DNA of 64,000 bases from an uncultured Candidatus Saccharibacteria bacterium (lineage in GTDB: Bacteria > Patescibacteriota > Minisyncoccia > Phycocordibacterales > DSPV01), in the NCBI GenBank assembly GCA_964574355.1, contig CAZNMD010000003.1:5316-69315 (forward strand), written 5' to 3'. This document shows positions 47,626 through 56,804 of the stretch, piece by piece. The stretch's first letter is position 1. Each line of letters opens with the position of its first letter. The notes below the pieces were generated by a model. It saw only the letters and a list, made by a program, of their open reading frames with translations, ran no database searches and was not told the DNA's origin. The position numbers and the translations under genes are program-made.

Positions 47626-48288
47626 ATGAAATCTTTTATAAAAAAAATAGTAAAAAAGGCAGGTTTTTCTTTTTTTAGGGGTAATGTGATTCCTTTCGAT
47701 ACGCGTCAGATGAGGAATGTTCTTTTGTACGCTGCTATTTGGGAAAAAATAACAGACCTATCAGGATCGATTGTTGAGTGTGGGGTTGGAAAAGGTAGGT
47801 CAATTCTTATTTTAACTTTTCTTGCCGCGCGTGAAAAAAATAATCGTCATGTGTGGGGGTTTGATTCTTTTTGTGGTTTTCCGGAAATTTCTTCTGAAGA
47901 TGATAGTGTTCGTCATCCCAAAAAAGGAGATTGGTCAGGTACGAGTATGTCTGATATTCAATCAATCCTTGATAGGGCAGGTCTTTCAGAATATAGACTG
48001 AAGGGAAATAGTATTTTGGTACCAGGTTTTTTTGAGGATAGTTTAAATAAATATACCGGTGGGCCAATAGCTTTTTTACACGTTGACTGTGATTTGTATC
48101 AGTCTTATAAATTTGTCCTTGAGCATATGGTTCCGCTCGTTGTTCCTGGAGGTGTGGTTTTATTTGATGAATACAATGAAGAAAAATGGCCGGGTGCAAA
48201 AAAGGCAGTCGATGAATTTCTCAAAAAAAATGCGTATGTACTTGAACAAGAACTAATAGGGGGTAAGTACTTTTTTATAAAAAAATGA
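47626..48288 (+). CDS. TylF/MycF-family O-methyltransferase.
   Basis: …HVDCDLYQSYKFVLEHMVPLVVPGGVVLFDEY…. Confidence 0.55.
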   Translation: MKSFIKKIVKKAGFSFFRGNVIPFDTRQMRNVLLYAAIWEKITDLSGSIVECGVGKGRSILILTFLAAREKNNRHVWGFDSFCGFPEISSEDDSVRHPKKGDWSGTSMSDIQSILDRAGLSEYRLKGNSILVPGFFEDSLNKYTGGPIAFLHVDCDLYQSYKFVLEHMVPLVVPGGVVLFDEYNEEKWPGAKKAVDEFLKKNAYVLEQELIGGKYFFIKK

Positions 48289-49001
48289 AACTAATTCAGA
48301 AAATTCGTTCAATTATTGGTCCTTATGTAGATAAGGTTTTAAATAAGCGAGCTTTATCAAAAATACAAAAAAGAGAAGAGCTATGGGGGATATTACAAAC
48401 GGTGATTTCTCCTTCAACGGGATGCTCTTTTTCTGATTACTGGGCTTTATATAGCTATATAAAAAAACAAAAACCACTGGAGGTTTTGGAGTTAGGGTCT
48501 GGTATTTCAACCCTTGTTATTGCTCAAGCGCTTTTAGAAAATGGTATAGGCCGGGTAACTTCCATGGAAGAATCTTGGAAGTATCGTGATGCGACTGATA
48601 AAACAATTCCAAATTCCCTCAGGTCGTTTGTTGATCTTTGTGTCAGTCCAGCTGTTGAGTATCGTTGGGGTCCGTTTGTGGGGACCGTATACAAGGAAAT
48701 ACCAGAAAGAGAATATGATTTTGTTTTTGTTGATGGTCCTCAGTATGATGCAACGAATTCATTTGATGCTGATCTTTTGAGGTTAATTAGTCGGTCTGAA
48801 AGGCCGGTATCCGCGTTGATTGATATGAGAACAGGTACATCCTTGATGTACTATTTTTTGTTAGGTAATAAATTTTCATATAACTATATTGAGAATCGTG
48901 GTTTCGTAAAAGGCGCCACAAAAAAAGATGTTTCAACGTATTCTAAATTGGTCGCTCGATATATGAAGAAGCACGCATTTCGAAGGTCTTTTTTTGTCTA
49001 A
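48285..49001 (+). CDS. Putative class I SAM-dependent methyltransferase.
   Basis: …LELGSGISTLVIAQALL…FVFVDGP…. Confidence 0.4.
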   Translation: MKLIQKIRSIIGPYVDKVLNKRALSKIQKREELWGILQTVISPSTGCSFSDYWALYSYIKKQKPLEVLELGSGISTLVIAQALLENGIGRVTSMEESWKYRDATDKTIPNSLRSFVDLCVSPAVEYRWGPFVGTVYKEIPEREYDFVFVDGPQYDATNSFDADLLRLISRSERPVSALIDMRTGTSLMYYFLLGNKFSYNYIENRGFVKGATKKDVSTYSKLVARYMKKHAFRRSFFV

Positions 49002-49047
49002 TACTGTAAGATGTGGCAGTAAAGTATGAAATGCTATAAGAGATAAT

Positions 49048-50421
49048 GTGTGTTGTTTAGGTAAAATGAAAACAGTTATTATTCCTCTTTTTGACGGTAT
49101 GATTGCTCGGAATATTTTGCATACGGACGTTGCGAGTATTTTACGTGATCAGGGAATTAGAATCGTAATTATTCCCCCTGAAGGAAAGAGTGATTTGTAT
49201 GTAAAAAAATTTTCTGACGGAAAAACAACTTTTGTTGAGTCCTCTGATGATGCGTGGAAGAATTCTAGACTCGATTCCATTCTTCTTAATCTTTTTCTCC
49301 AATCAATCCCGACCCGTTTTATGCGTATTCGGCAAGTGGATTGGTATTTACATAATAAAAAATATATTCACTATGTTGTGGTTACTGTGCTCCGATTTTT
49401 GGGACGTTTCAAATTGTACAGAGCTCTTATAAGGAAGGTTGCTCTTTTTCAACCTATTAAACCACGCGCCAGAGAAATTTTTGAAAAATGGAAACCTGAT
49501 GCAGTTTTTGCCCCCACAATGATTTCTGGAATTGAAGTAGCTCTTCTTCGTCTAGCAAAAGAAAAAGGGAAAATTACGATTGGTATGGCAAAATCGTGGG
49601 ATAACTTTACGAGTAAGGCGTTTATTCGGGTTTTTCCTGACTGGATTATTGTGCACAACGAGTTGCAAATTGAAGAAGCTGCGACCCTCTTTGATTATCC
49701 TCGTGACAAAGTTAAAGTGACTGGAATTCCGCAAATGGATCATTATCGAGACGATTCTTTTGTTGAGACAAGGATTGAATTTTGTAAAAAACTTGGTTTA
49801 GATCCAGAGAAGAAAATTATTTTGTATGCGCCGGCTGGTGATTGGATGAATCCAAATGACAAGGAAACGCTAGAAATTATTCTTGATTGGATTAACGATG
49901 GAACGTTGTCAAATTGCCAAGTGTTATTACGACTCCATCCTGGGTATCATTCACGAACTGAAGAGTTAAAGGGTAGGGCGAATCTTATTGTTGAACGTCC
50001 CGGTAAACATTTCGGAGTCCGTTTGAAGTCTGTTGAATTTGAAGAAGATGATATGCGGCATCTTGCCTCTTCTTTGAAACACAGTGCTGTCGTTTTGCAC
50101 ACGGCGTCTACTATTGGTATGGAGGCGGCGTATCTTGACCGTCCGGTTATTCATATTGGGTTTGATGGAAAGCAAAAATTGTCTTACTGGAAATCTGTTG
50201 TTCGCTACTACGACCGTGAACATTGCGTGCCACTTGTTGCGTCGGGGGGAGGGCGGTTAGTAAAAGATAGTAGAGAGCTTAAGCAGGCTCTTTTAGCCTA
50301 TCTCACTACCCCTTCCTTGGATCATGAGGGGCGTGAGCGGTTGGTTTCAATGCTATGCTACAAGCCTGATGGTCATGCTGGTAGGAGGTTGGGGGAATTT
50401 CTTGTTCAAAAAATAAAATGA
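49048..50421 (+). CDS. CDP-glycerol glycerophosphotransferase (TagB/TagF)-like protein.
   Basis: …HTASTIGMEAAYLDRPVIHIGFD…. Confidence 0.45.
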   Translation: MCCLGKMKTVIIPLFDGMIARNILHTDVASILRDQGIRIVIIPPEGKSDLYVKKFSDGKTTFVESSDDAWKNSRLDSILLNLFLQSIPTRFMRIRQVDWYLHNKKYIHYVVVTVLRFLGRFKLYRALIRKVALFQPIKPRAREIFEKWKPDAVFAPTMISGIEVALLRLAKEKGKITIGMAKSWDNFTSKAFIRVFPDWIIVHNELQIEEAATLFDYPRDKVKVTGIPQMDHYRDDSFVETRIEFCKKLGLDPEKKIILYAPAGDWMNPNDKETLEIILDWINDGTLSNCQVLLRLHPGYHSRTEELKGRANLIVERPGKHFGVRLKSVEFEEDDMRHLASSLKHSAVVLHTASTIGMEAAYLDRPVIHIGFDGKQKLSYWKSVVRYYDREHCVPLVASGGGRLVKDSRELKQALLAYLTTPSLDHEGRERLVSMLCYKPDGHAGRRLGEFLVQKIK

Positions 50422-51833
50422 TGTTTTATCAAAACGTGAATGAACAGAAAATAGTAACGCCACTTAGAAGGTTGTGGTATTTTGCCCTGATACTCTTTTT
50501 TGTTGCTCTTTTTGCTCGACTTTTAGTGTTTGGGGGATTAATTGCGTATGACGGACCAGTTAAAGGGTTTGTGTTTGGTGATGGAACTCGTTATTTTGGT
50601 CTTGCTGAAAGTGTTGTAGAGGGTCGGGGGTATGTGTATGAAGACGGCATTGAGTCATATCGACCTCCTGGTTACCCGGCCTATCTTATGCCATTTATTT
50701 TTCTCGGGCTTCCTGTTTGGTTTGCTGTGTTCGTTCAGCTTCTTATTGCTTCCTGTATACCAGTTGCAGTTTTGTTTGTGGCGACGCGTTCTTTTCATTT
50801 ACCATTGTGGGTTGGTATGGTCGCGGGTCTTTTTGCTGCTCTTGAGCCTGTTCAAGTTTTTTACAGCGTAACTCTCACTCCCGACGTTTTTTTTACCGTA
50901 GGTCTTTTTCTTTCTCTTTATTTTCTTGTTCGGTATGTTGAGACAGGGTGGTGGATGAATATGGTGTTTGCCGGGTTAGCCCTTGGGTGTGCAAATTATA
51001 TGAGGCCTGCCGGTATATATGCCGCGTTTGTTTTGATCGCTAGTCTGTGGGTATTTTTGTTTATAAAAAATCTTTTTTCTAAAAAAAGTATTATTCACGG
51101 AATGCTTTTTGTTGCGGTTTCTGTTCTTACGATTGTTCCGTGGTGTATTCGAAATTATTATACGTTCGATTCATTTTCGTTCGTTTCTTCCAGCGCCTAT
51201 ACTTTTTTTGCATATGGTGGAGTTGCAACACAAGCGGTTGCTGATAATCGAGATTATAACGTTGTTAAAAAAGAATTTCTTAATGAGCTTGCTCAAAAGG
51301 CTCCGGATCCATTACGTCCGACGAGTCTTCGAAATAAATCGTATTTAGTCGATAAGACAATTAACGTTATTAAGCAACATCCAGTTGCCTACATAAAAAC
51401 CTACCTTCTTGGCGTTAATACTCTCTTTTTTTCAGGTAACTATCATTACCTCCTTTCTCGATACAAGTTGATTGATCGCCCTGACGGACTCGTTTCTTTT
51501 TCTCTCGTTTTTGCTTCTGAAGGTTTTTTTGGTTTATTAAAGGCTATTTCTCGGCTTATTTTTGAACCATATGTTTTGTTGGCTGTAGCCGGAAAAATCA
51601 TGTGGATGGGACTTGTTTTGTGTTCAGTTGTGGGGGCGATTGTTATGCGTCGTCACCCGTTAGCAATACTTTTTTTGGCAAGCATGTTTTATTTTGCGGT
51701 AACAATTTTAGCGACAACAATTGGGGTGGAAGCGAGACATCGTTATGCTTTGAATCCTCTCATTTTCCTCTTTGTCTCGGTTGTGTTTTACTTACTCTAT
51801 GAAAAAGGTATCCGTCGTCGCGCCGGTCTTTAA
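50418..51833 (+). CDS. GT-C-fold glycosyltransferase (ArnT / PMT family 39/83-like).
   Basis: Polytopic protein of about 11 TM helices. …YRPPGYPAYLMPF…. Confidence 0.6.
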   Translation: MMFYQNVNEQKIVTPLRRLWYFALILFFVALFARLLVFGGLIAYDGPVKGFVFGDGTRYFGLAESVVEGRGYVYEDGIESYRPPGYPAYLMPFIFLGLPVWFAVFVQLLIASCIPVAVLFVATRSFHLPLWVGMVAGLFAALEPVQVFYSVTLTPDVFFTVGLFLSLYFLVRYVETGWWMNMVFAGLALGCANYMRPAGIYAAFVLIASLWVFLFIKNLFSKKSIIHGMLFVAVSVLTIVPWCIRNYYTFDSFSFVSSSAYTFFAYGGVATQAVADNRDYNVVKKEFLNELAQKAPDPLRPTSLRNKSYLVDKTINVIKQHPVAYIKTYLLGVNTLFFSGNYHYLLSRYKLIDRPDGLVSFSLVFASEGFFGLLKAISRLIFEPYVLLAVAGKIMWMGLVLCSVVGAIVMRRHPLAILFLASMFYFAVTILATTIGVEARHRYALNPLIFLFVSVVFYLLYEKGIRRRAGL

Positions 51834-52740
51834 TGAAGAGGAGACTGTTGTAGAGCTTGTCTCTCGAATTTCAAACGCTCTGAAGGCTCTGAAGGGTTGG
51901 GAGGGCGATATTGTGATTGTGGACGATGGCTCTCGTGATGGGACACTTGCCCATCTGACGCAACTTTCCCTAGAGAATCCAAAGCTTTCGGTTGTTTCAT
52001 TTTCAAGAAATTTTGGACATCAAGCTGCTGTGACTGCGGGGATAGATTATGCAGAGGGTGACGCTATTGTTGTTATGGATGGAGACTTGCAAGATCCGCC
52101 AGAACTTATTCCCGAGTTGCTTCAAAAACACGAAGAAGGATTTGATGTTGTGTATGCGGTTCGAGCAAAACGCAAAGAAGGGTTTTTAAAGAGAGGCGCC
52201 TATTCAATTTTTTATAGGATTTTTCGACTTTTTTCAAATCATGTTTTGATGCCGCGCGATGCTGGTGATTTTTCACTTATTTCAAGACGTGTGGCTGAGG
52301 TGATGAAGCGTATGCCAGAAAGAAATCGTTTTGTTCGTGGGTTACGAGCGTGGGCAGGATTTTCTCAGGTTGGTATTTCATATCAACGCGATCATCGGTA
52401 TGCAGGTAAACCAAAATATTCATTTTTGAAATTGTTACGTTTAGCGTACGATGGTATTTTTTCATTCTCGTACGTACCTATCACGCTCGTAACGGTAGCT
52501 GGTTTTGTCTCAGCAATTCTTTCGTTCATTGGGATTGTGTATGTTCTCTATTTTCGAATTACTGAAGGACGAGAAGTTCCAGGGTTTGCAACCTTGGCAA
52601 TTTTTATTCTTTTCCTTGGTGGGTTACAGCTTATGGCGCTAGGTGTTTTGGGTGAATATATTCGTCGGATGTATGACGAGGTTAAACAGCGACCTCACTA
52701 TGTTGTTCGGACGATTCTTGGAAGTGTTTCTAAAAAATAA
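51799..52740 (+). CDS. Polyprenyl-phosphate sugar glycosyltransferase, GT2 (ArnC/DPM1-like), with C-terminal TM helices.
   Basis: MKKVSVVAPVFNEEE…IVIVDDGSRDGT…VMDGDLQDPPE…. Confidence 0.8.
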   Translation: MKKVSVVAPVFNEEETVVELVSRISNALKALKGWEGDIVIVDDGSRDGTLAHLTQLSLENPKLSVVSFSRNFGHQAAVTAGIDYAEGDAIVVMDGDLQDPPELIPELLQKHEEGFDVVYAVRAKRKEGFLKRGAYSIFYRIFRLFSNHVLMPRDAGDFSLISRRVAEVMKRMPERNRFVRGLRAWAGFSQVGISYQRDHRYAGKPKYSFLKLLRLAYDGIFSFSYVPITLVTVAGFVSAILSFIGIVYVLYFRITEGREVPGFATLAIFILFLGGLQLMALGVLGEYIRRMYDEVKQRPHYVVRTILGSVSKK

Positions 52741-52748
52741 ACGGGTCT

Positions 52749-53459
52749 ATGAAAAAAGAAGCGTTTGATCTTATGAAAAGTGGTGAGGATTCGTGGTGGT
52801 ATGTTGGACGTCAGCGTGTTGTTGGTGTACTCCTCAATCGTTTTTTATCAGAGAAAAAAGGTGATCAACAGCTTTTGGATGTTGGTGCAGGCTTCGGTTC
52901 GATGTTTCAAGCTCTCACTTCGTTTGGTTTTGTTGATGCCTTTGAGCCAGAGGAACGGCTTCATGAGGTTTTACAACAGCGGGGATACCGTTCTTTATTT
53001 CTTACCTGGAAGGATGTATTTCGTTCCAATGAAACATATGATGTTGTTGGCGCGTTTGATGTTGTTGAACATTCTAAAGATGAAGATTATATTCTTTCAA
53101 ACATGTATCAAGTGCTTCGACCGGGTGGAAAAGTTATTATTTCTGTTCCAGCGTATCAATGGTTATGGTCAAAGCATGATGAGATAAATAATCATTATCG
53201 TCGGTATACAAAAAAGATGCTTTCCAATTCGTTGAAGCGTGTAGGGTTTACAGTGGAGTATGTTGGTTACTGGAATACATTCTTGTTTCCGCTTGCTCTT
53301 GTTGCTCGTCTGTTAAATCGTTCAGGTGGTGCAGCGTTTACTAACCGTGGTTTTATAAACAGTTTGTTCGTTGCTGTTGTGTCTCTGGAGGCCCATCTCA
53401 TGCGTTTTGTGTCATTACCCTTTGGTTTATCTGTCTTTGTTGTTGCAAAGAAAGTTTAA
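52749..53459 (+). CDS. Class I SAM-dependent methyltransferase.
   Basis: LLDVGAGFGSMFQAL…. Confidence 0.7.
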   Translation: MKKEAFDLMKSGEDSWWYVGRQRVVGVLLNRFLSEKKGDQQLLDVGAGFGSMFQALTSFGFVDAFEPEERLHEVLQQRGYRSLFLTWKDVFRSNETYDVVGAFDVVEHSKDEDYILSNMYQVLRPGGKVIISVPAYQWLWSKHDEINNHYRRYTKKMLSNSLKRVGFTVEYVGYWNTFLFPLALVARLLNRSGGAAFTNRGFINSLFVAVVSLEAHLMRFVSLPFGLSVFVVAKKV

Positions 53460-53464
53460 AAAAT

Positions 53465-54178
53465 ATGGCGTCAGCCTCGTTTCACTTAATTGTCCCGGCC
53501 TACAATGAAGCGGCAGTGATTGCCGAAACAGTTCGCGAGCTTGATCGAGTTCTTTCGAAAGTTCCAAAATTGACGTATGAAATTATTGTTGCCGATAATG
53601 GTTCAACTGATGGAACGGCCGAGATTGCGCAGGGTGTTAATCTTCCACACCTCAAAGTCTTGTCGGTACCCCAAAGGGGTAAAGGTTTTGCCATAACTCA
53701 TGCAGCAAAATTTTCTGATGCGGATGTTTTTGGTTTTTGCGACGCAGATTTGTCAGCCGATCCTTCTTCGCTACCCGATATGCTTTTTCATATAGAAAAC
53801 GGCGCGCATGTGGTTGTTGGTTCGCGCCTGTTGGACGAACACCTTGTTAGGCGGGCATTTTGGCGCACATTTTCTTCAAAGGTTTTTAACGTTGCTCGCC
53901 GAATGATTCTTGGTATTCGTGTTGCTGATAGTCAATGTGGTCTGAAATTATTTAAAGGAACACATATTCATCTTGTCAGAGACTCGGTTGAAACAGGTTG
54001 GTTTTTGGATATGGAAATTCTTGCCCGCGCCGAACGCGAAAAATTAACAATTGTTGAGGTTCCCGTCTCGTGGACCGAGTTTCGCTACGCAGATCGTAAA
54101 AGTAAGTTGAGAGTTTTACGTGATGGCTTTGGAGCTTTGGTGGCGATGGTGCGTATTCGGTATCGTTTAATGATGTAG
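53465..54178 (+). CDS. Glycosyltransferase family 2 (DPM1-like).
   Basis: LIVPAYNEAAVIAETVREL…IIVADNGSTDGT…. Confidence 0.75.
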   Translation: MASASFHLIVPAYNEAAVIAETVRELDRVLSKVPKLTYEIIVADNGSTDGTAEIAQGVNLPHLKVLSVPQRGKGFAITHAAKFSDADVFGFCDADLSADPSSLPDMLFHIENGAHVVVGSRLLDEHLVRRAFWRTFSSKVFNVARRMILGIRVADSQCGLKLFKGTHIHLVRDSVETGWFLDMEILARAEREKLTIVEVPVSWTEFRYADRKSKLRVLRDGFGALVAMVRIRYRLMM

Positions 54179-54219
54179 AGTTTCCTTTTTTATTACTAGG
54201 CGTATATAATCGCTTCACA

Positions 54220-54936
54220 ATGAATATTATCGCTATTATTCCGGCACGGGGCGGTTCCAAGGGAGTATTAGGGAAAAACGTAAAGTTATTGGAGGGAAAG
54301 CCTCTGATTGCGTGGACCATAGAAGCGGCAAAGGCGGTGCCGTTAATCAGTCGCGTTATTGTGAATACTGATGATGCGGAAATAGCAAAGGTATCAAAAA
54401 AATATGGTGCTGAAATTTTTGACCGACCGAAAGAATTAGCCGAAGATTTAACGCTTGATTTTCCTGTCTTTGAGCATCATTTGCATGATCTTGAAAAAAA
54501 AGGTGAGTTGCCCGATATGGTTGTTGATTTACGTGCGACAGCGCCGCTTCGACAATCACATCGAATCGCTGAGGGTATCGAGTTGCTTATTAAGGCAGGA
54601 CAAAAGAAAGCTGATTCGGTTCGTGCAGTTTCTAAAGCTGCTAAGCATCCGTACAAAATGTGGAAACTTCAAAATGGATTTATCCAACCATTTCTTCCGG
54701 AATCATTTACGGGGATGAAAGAGCCGTATAATGCTGCCCGCCAAATGCTTCCACCGGTATTTCAAAATAATGGCAGTATGAATGCGTTTTGGCCAGAAGT
54801 TGTTTTAAAGAAAAAAAGCATGACAGGTGAGAAAATTTTGGGCTATAGTATGGAAGATTGGGAGTCGGTAAATATTGATAGTGAGATTGATTTTTTACTC
54901 GCTGAAGAGTTAATGAAAAAACATCTTAAGAAATAA
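54220..54936 (+). CDS. neuA: CMP-nonulosonic-acid (N-acylneuraminate) cytidylyltransferase.
   Basis: MNIIAIIPARGGSKGVLGKNVKLLEGKPLIAWTI…. Confidence 0.8.
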   Translation: MNIIAIIPARGGSKGVLGKNVKLLEGKPLIAWTIEAAKAVPLISRVIVNTDDAEIAKVSKKYGAEIFDRPKELAEDLTLDFPVFEHHLHDLEKKGELPDMVVDLRATAPLRQSHRIAEGIELLIKAGQKKADSVRAVSKAAKHPYKMWKLQNGFIQPFLPESFTGMKEPYNAARQMLPPVFQNNGSMNAFWPEVVLKKKSMTGEKILGYSMEDWESVNIDSEIDFLLAEELMKKHLKK

Positions 54937-54946
54937 CCGTACTGAT

Positions 54947-56023
54947 ATGGCATATAAAGCAAAAATTTTTGGAGCGGGTTCAATCGGTAATCATTTGGCG
55001 CAAGCGTGTCGTCGGGCAGGGTGGGATGTGGTGGTTGTTGATCGGGACCCAAAAGCGTTGAAACGGATGAAAGAGGAAATTTATCCAACACGTTATGGTG
55101 CATGGGATGACGCCATCCAACTTTTTGAATCTGGCAAGGACCCGAAAGGTAGCTTCGATGCTATTTTTATCGGAACGCCGCCCCATGTGCGTATGCCGAT
55201 TGCCATGGAAGCACTTGCAGAAAAACCAAAAGTGCTTCAGTTGGAAAAACCCCTTGGTATGCCATCTTTGGAGGGTATTGCACCGTTTGTTGCGAAGGTA
55301 AAAAAAGGAAAAACTGCGGTGATTGTGGGCTATGATCATTCTGTTTCGGATGCGGCAGAGTTTATTGTTTCACTTCTCAGATCAAATACGATTGGTGGCA
55401 TTGAAACACTTGATGTTGAATTTCGTGAACATTGGGGAGGAATATTTAAGGCCCACCCATGGCTTTCTGGGCCAGCTGATACATACTTGGGTTTTACAGA
55501 AAAAGGTGGTGGCGCATCAGGTGAGCATTCACACGCGATGCACTTGTGGATTTATTTGGCTAAAATTGCAGGCTTTGGTTCACCGAAAGGGGTTTCAGCA
55601 ATGTATGAATGGCGAAAAGAAGGAAAAGCGGTTTATGATGCGATTGCAACATTTTCACTTTTAACGGATAAAAAGAAAGTTGGTCGCGTTGTTCAAGATG
55701 TGGTGACATCACCAACTCGAAAGTGGATCCGCGTGCAAGGAAAAAATGGTTTTATTGAGTGGTACTGCAATGGTAAGCCAGAGGGTGACCATGTTATTTG
55801 GAAGGTTGGTGATCAGCCGATTAGCGAAAAAGTTTTTCCCAAAAAACGTCCCGATGATTTTTTCCGTGAAGTACAGCATATAGAGGCGATTCTTTCAGGT
55901 AAGGTGAAAGCAAAAGATTCTCCGATGTCGCTTCAGAATGCTCTTGATGTTATGAGTGTTCTTTCGGCTGCAAGGAAAAAGAAAGGGGTTGTTTCGACGC
56001 CTGTAAAATTAATAAAGGCCTAG
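54947..56023 (+). CDS. Gfo/Idh/MocA-family oxidoreductase.
   Basis: KIFGAGSIGNHLAQACRRAGWDVVVVDRD…. Confidence 0.6.
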   Translation: MAYKAKIFGAGSIGNHLAQACRRAGWDVVVVDRDPKALKRMKEEIYPTRYGAWDDAIQLFESGKDPKGSFDAIFIGTPPHVRMPIAMEALAEKPKVLQLEKPLGMPSLEGIAPFVAKVKKGKTAVIVGYDHSVSDAAEFIVSLLRSNTIGGIETLDVEFREHWGGIFKAHPWLSGPADTYLGFTEKGGGASGEHSHAMHLWIYLAKIAGFGSPKGVSAMYEWRKEGKAVYDAIATFSLLTDKKKVGRVVQDVVTSPTRKWIRVQGKNGFIEWYCNGKPEGDHVIWKVGDQPISEKVFPKKRPDDFFREVQHIEAILSGKVKAKDSPMSLQNALDVMSVLSAARKKKGVVSTPVKLIKA

Positions 56024-56031
56024 TGTGCTTG

Positions 56032-56059
56032 TTGACTTTTTTGTGAAGCATAGTATTTT
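56032..56059 (+). promoter_or_regulatory. Promoter-like TTGACT-N16-TATTTT. Its -10 lies only about 8 nt before the ATG, so the mRNA may be leaderless.
   Basis: Read directly. Confidence 0.35.
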
Positions 56060-56067
56060 GCGTTTGT

Positions 56068-56739
56068 ATGTCGCACTTAGTTCTTTCATTTGATGTTGAT
56101 GGGACACTCACAAGGCGTGGTGAGCCGCTTAAACAAGAAGCGTGGGATCTACTTCTACGTGGTCGACCAATGGATGTATGGGAAGCGCTGCTCAAGGCTC
56201 GGGATAAGTATTCTGGAGGCAAGGGTTCTCGGTACGATATTATTCGAGAAATGCTCCAAGAAATTGGTGTTACAGGCGGAGAGCTTGAGATGAAAACAGA
56301 AGAGTGGGCAGAAGCATATCAGGTGGCGGTCATGTCGCTGATCCGTGCTGATTTTCGGCCAGAAGCGAGATCGGTCTTGGAGACTCTCAAAGAGCGATAT
56401 AGGCTCTATGTGAATTCCGCGACAGAAGAGGAAGGCCTGAAGAGGTGTTTAGCGGAAGTTGATTTCTCACAATTCTTCGAAGAGATATTTGGCTACCCCA
56501 AAGATGGTAGTCGAAAGAAAACTGACAACCTCCGGTTGATTCTTCAGGTTGAAGGCGTGGACCCAGAACGTTTGATTCACGTCGGTGATTCAAAATCTGA
56601 TGTCGACGCGGCTCACGCGGTCGGGTGTATCTTTATTGGTGTTGCAAATGATGACAATAGGTGGGTTCCAGAGCGAGAACCCTTTGTCGTAGTTCATTCG
56701 CTTTCTGACCTCGAAGAGGCTATCGACACTGTTTTATAG
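56068..56739 (+). CDS. HAD-superfamily phosphatase. It is the G+C-rich 'island F'.
   Basis: Motif I FDVDGTL. Motif IV …GDSKSDVDAA…. GC-rich codons. Confidence 0.65.
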   Translation: MSHLVLSFDVDGTLTRRGEPLKQEAWDLLLRGRPMDVWEALLKARDKYSGGKGSRYDIIREMLQEIGVTGGELEMKTEEWAEAYQVAVMSLIRADFRPEARSVLETLKERYRLYVNSATEEEGLKRCLAEVDFSQFFEEIFGYPKDGSRKKTDNLRLILQVEGVDPERLIHVGDSKSDVDAAHAVGCIFIGVANDDNRWVPEREPFVVVHSLSDLEEAIDTVL

Positions 56740-56756
56740 GAGAACACAAAAAAGTA

Positions 56757-56786
56757 AACGCTACCCCTTGCACGGGTGGCGTTTTT
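56757..56786 (+). terminator. Terminator of the HAD gene.
   Basis: AACGCTACCCC-ttgcac-GGGTGGCGTT followed by TTTT. Confidence 0.7.
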
Positions 56787-56804
56787 CACTATAGTGTACC
56801 CACG

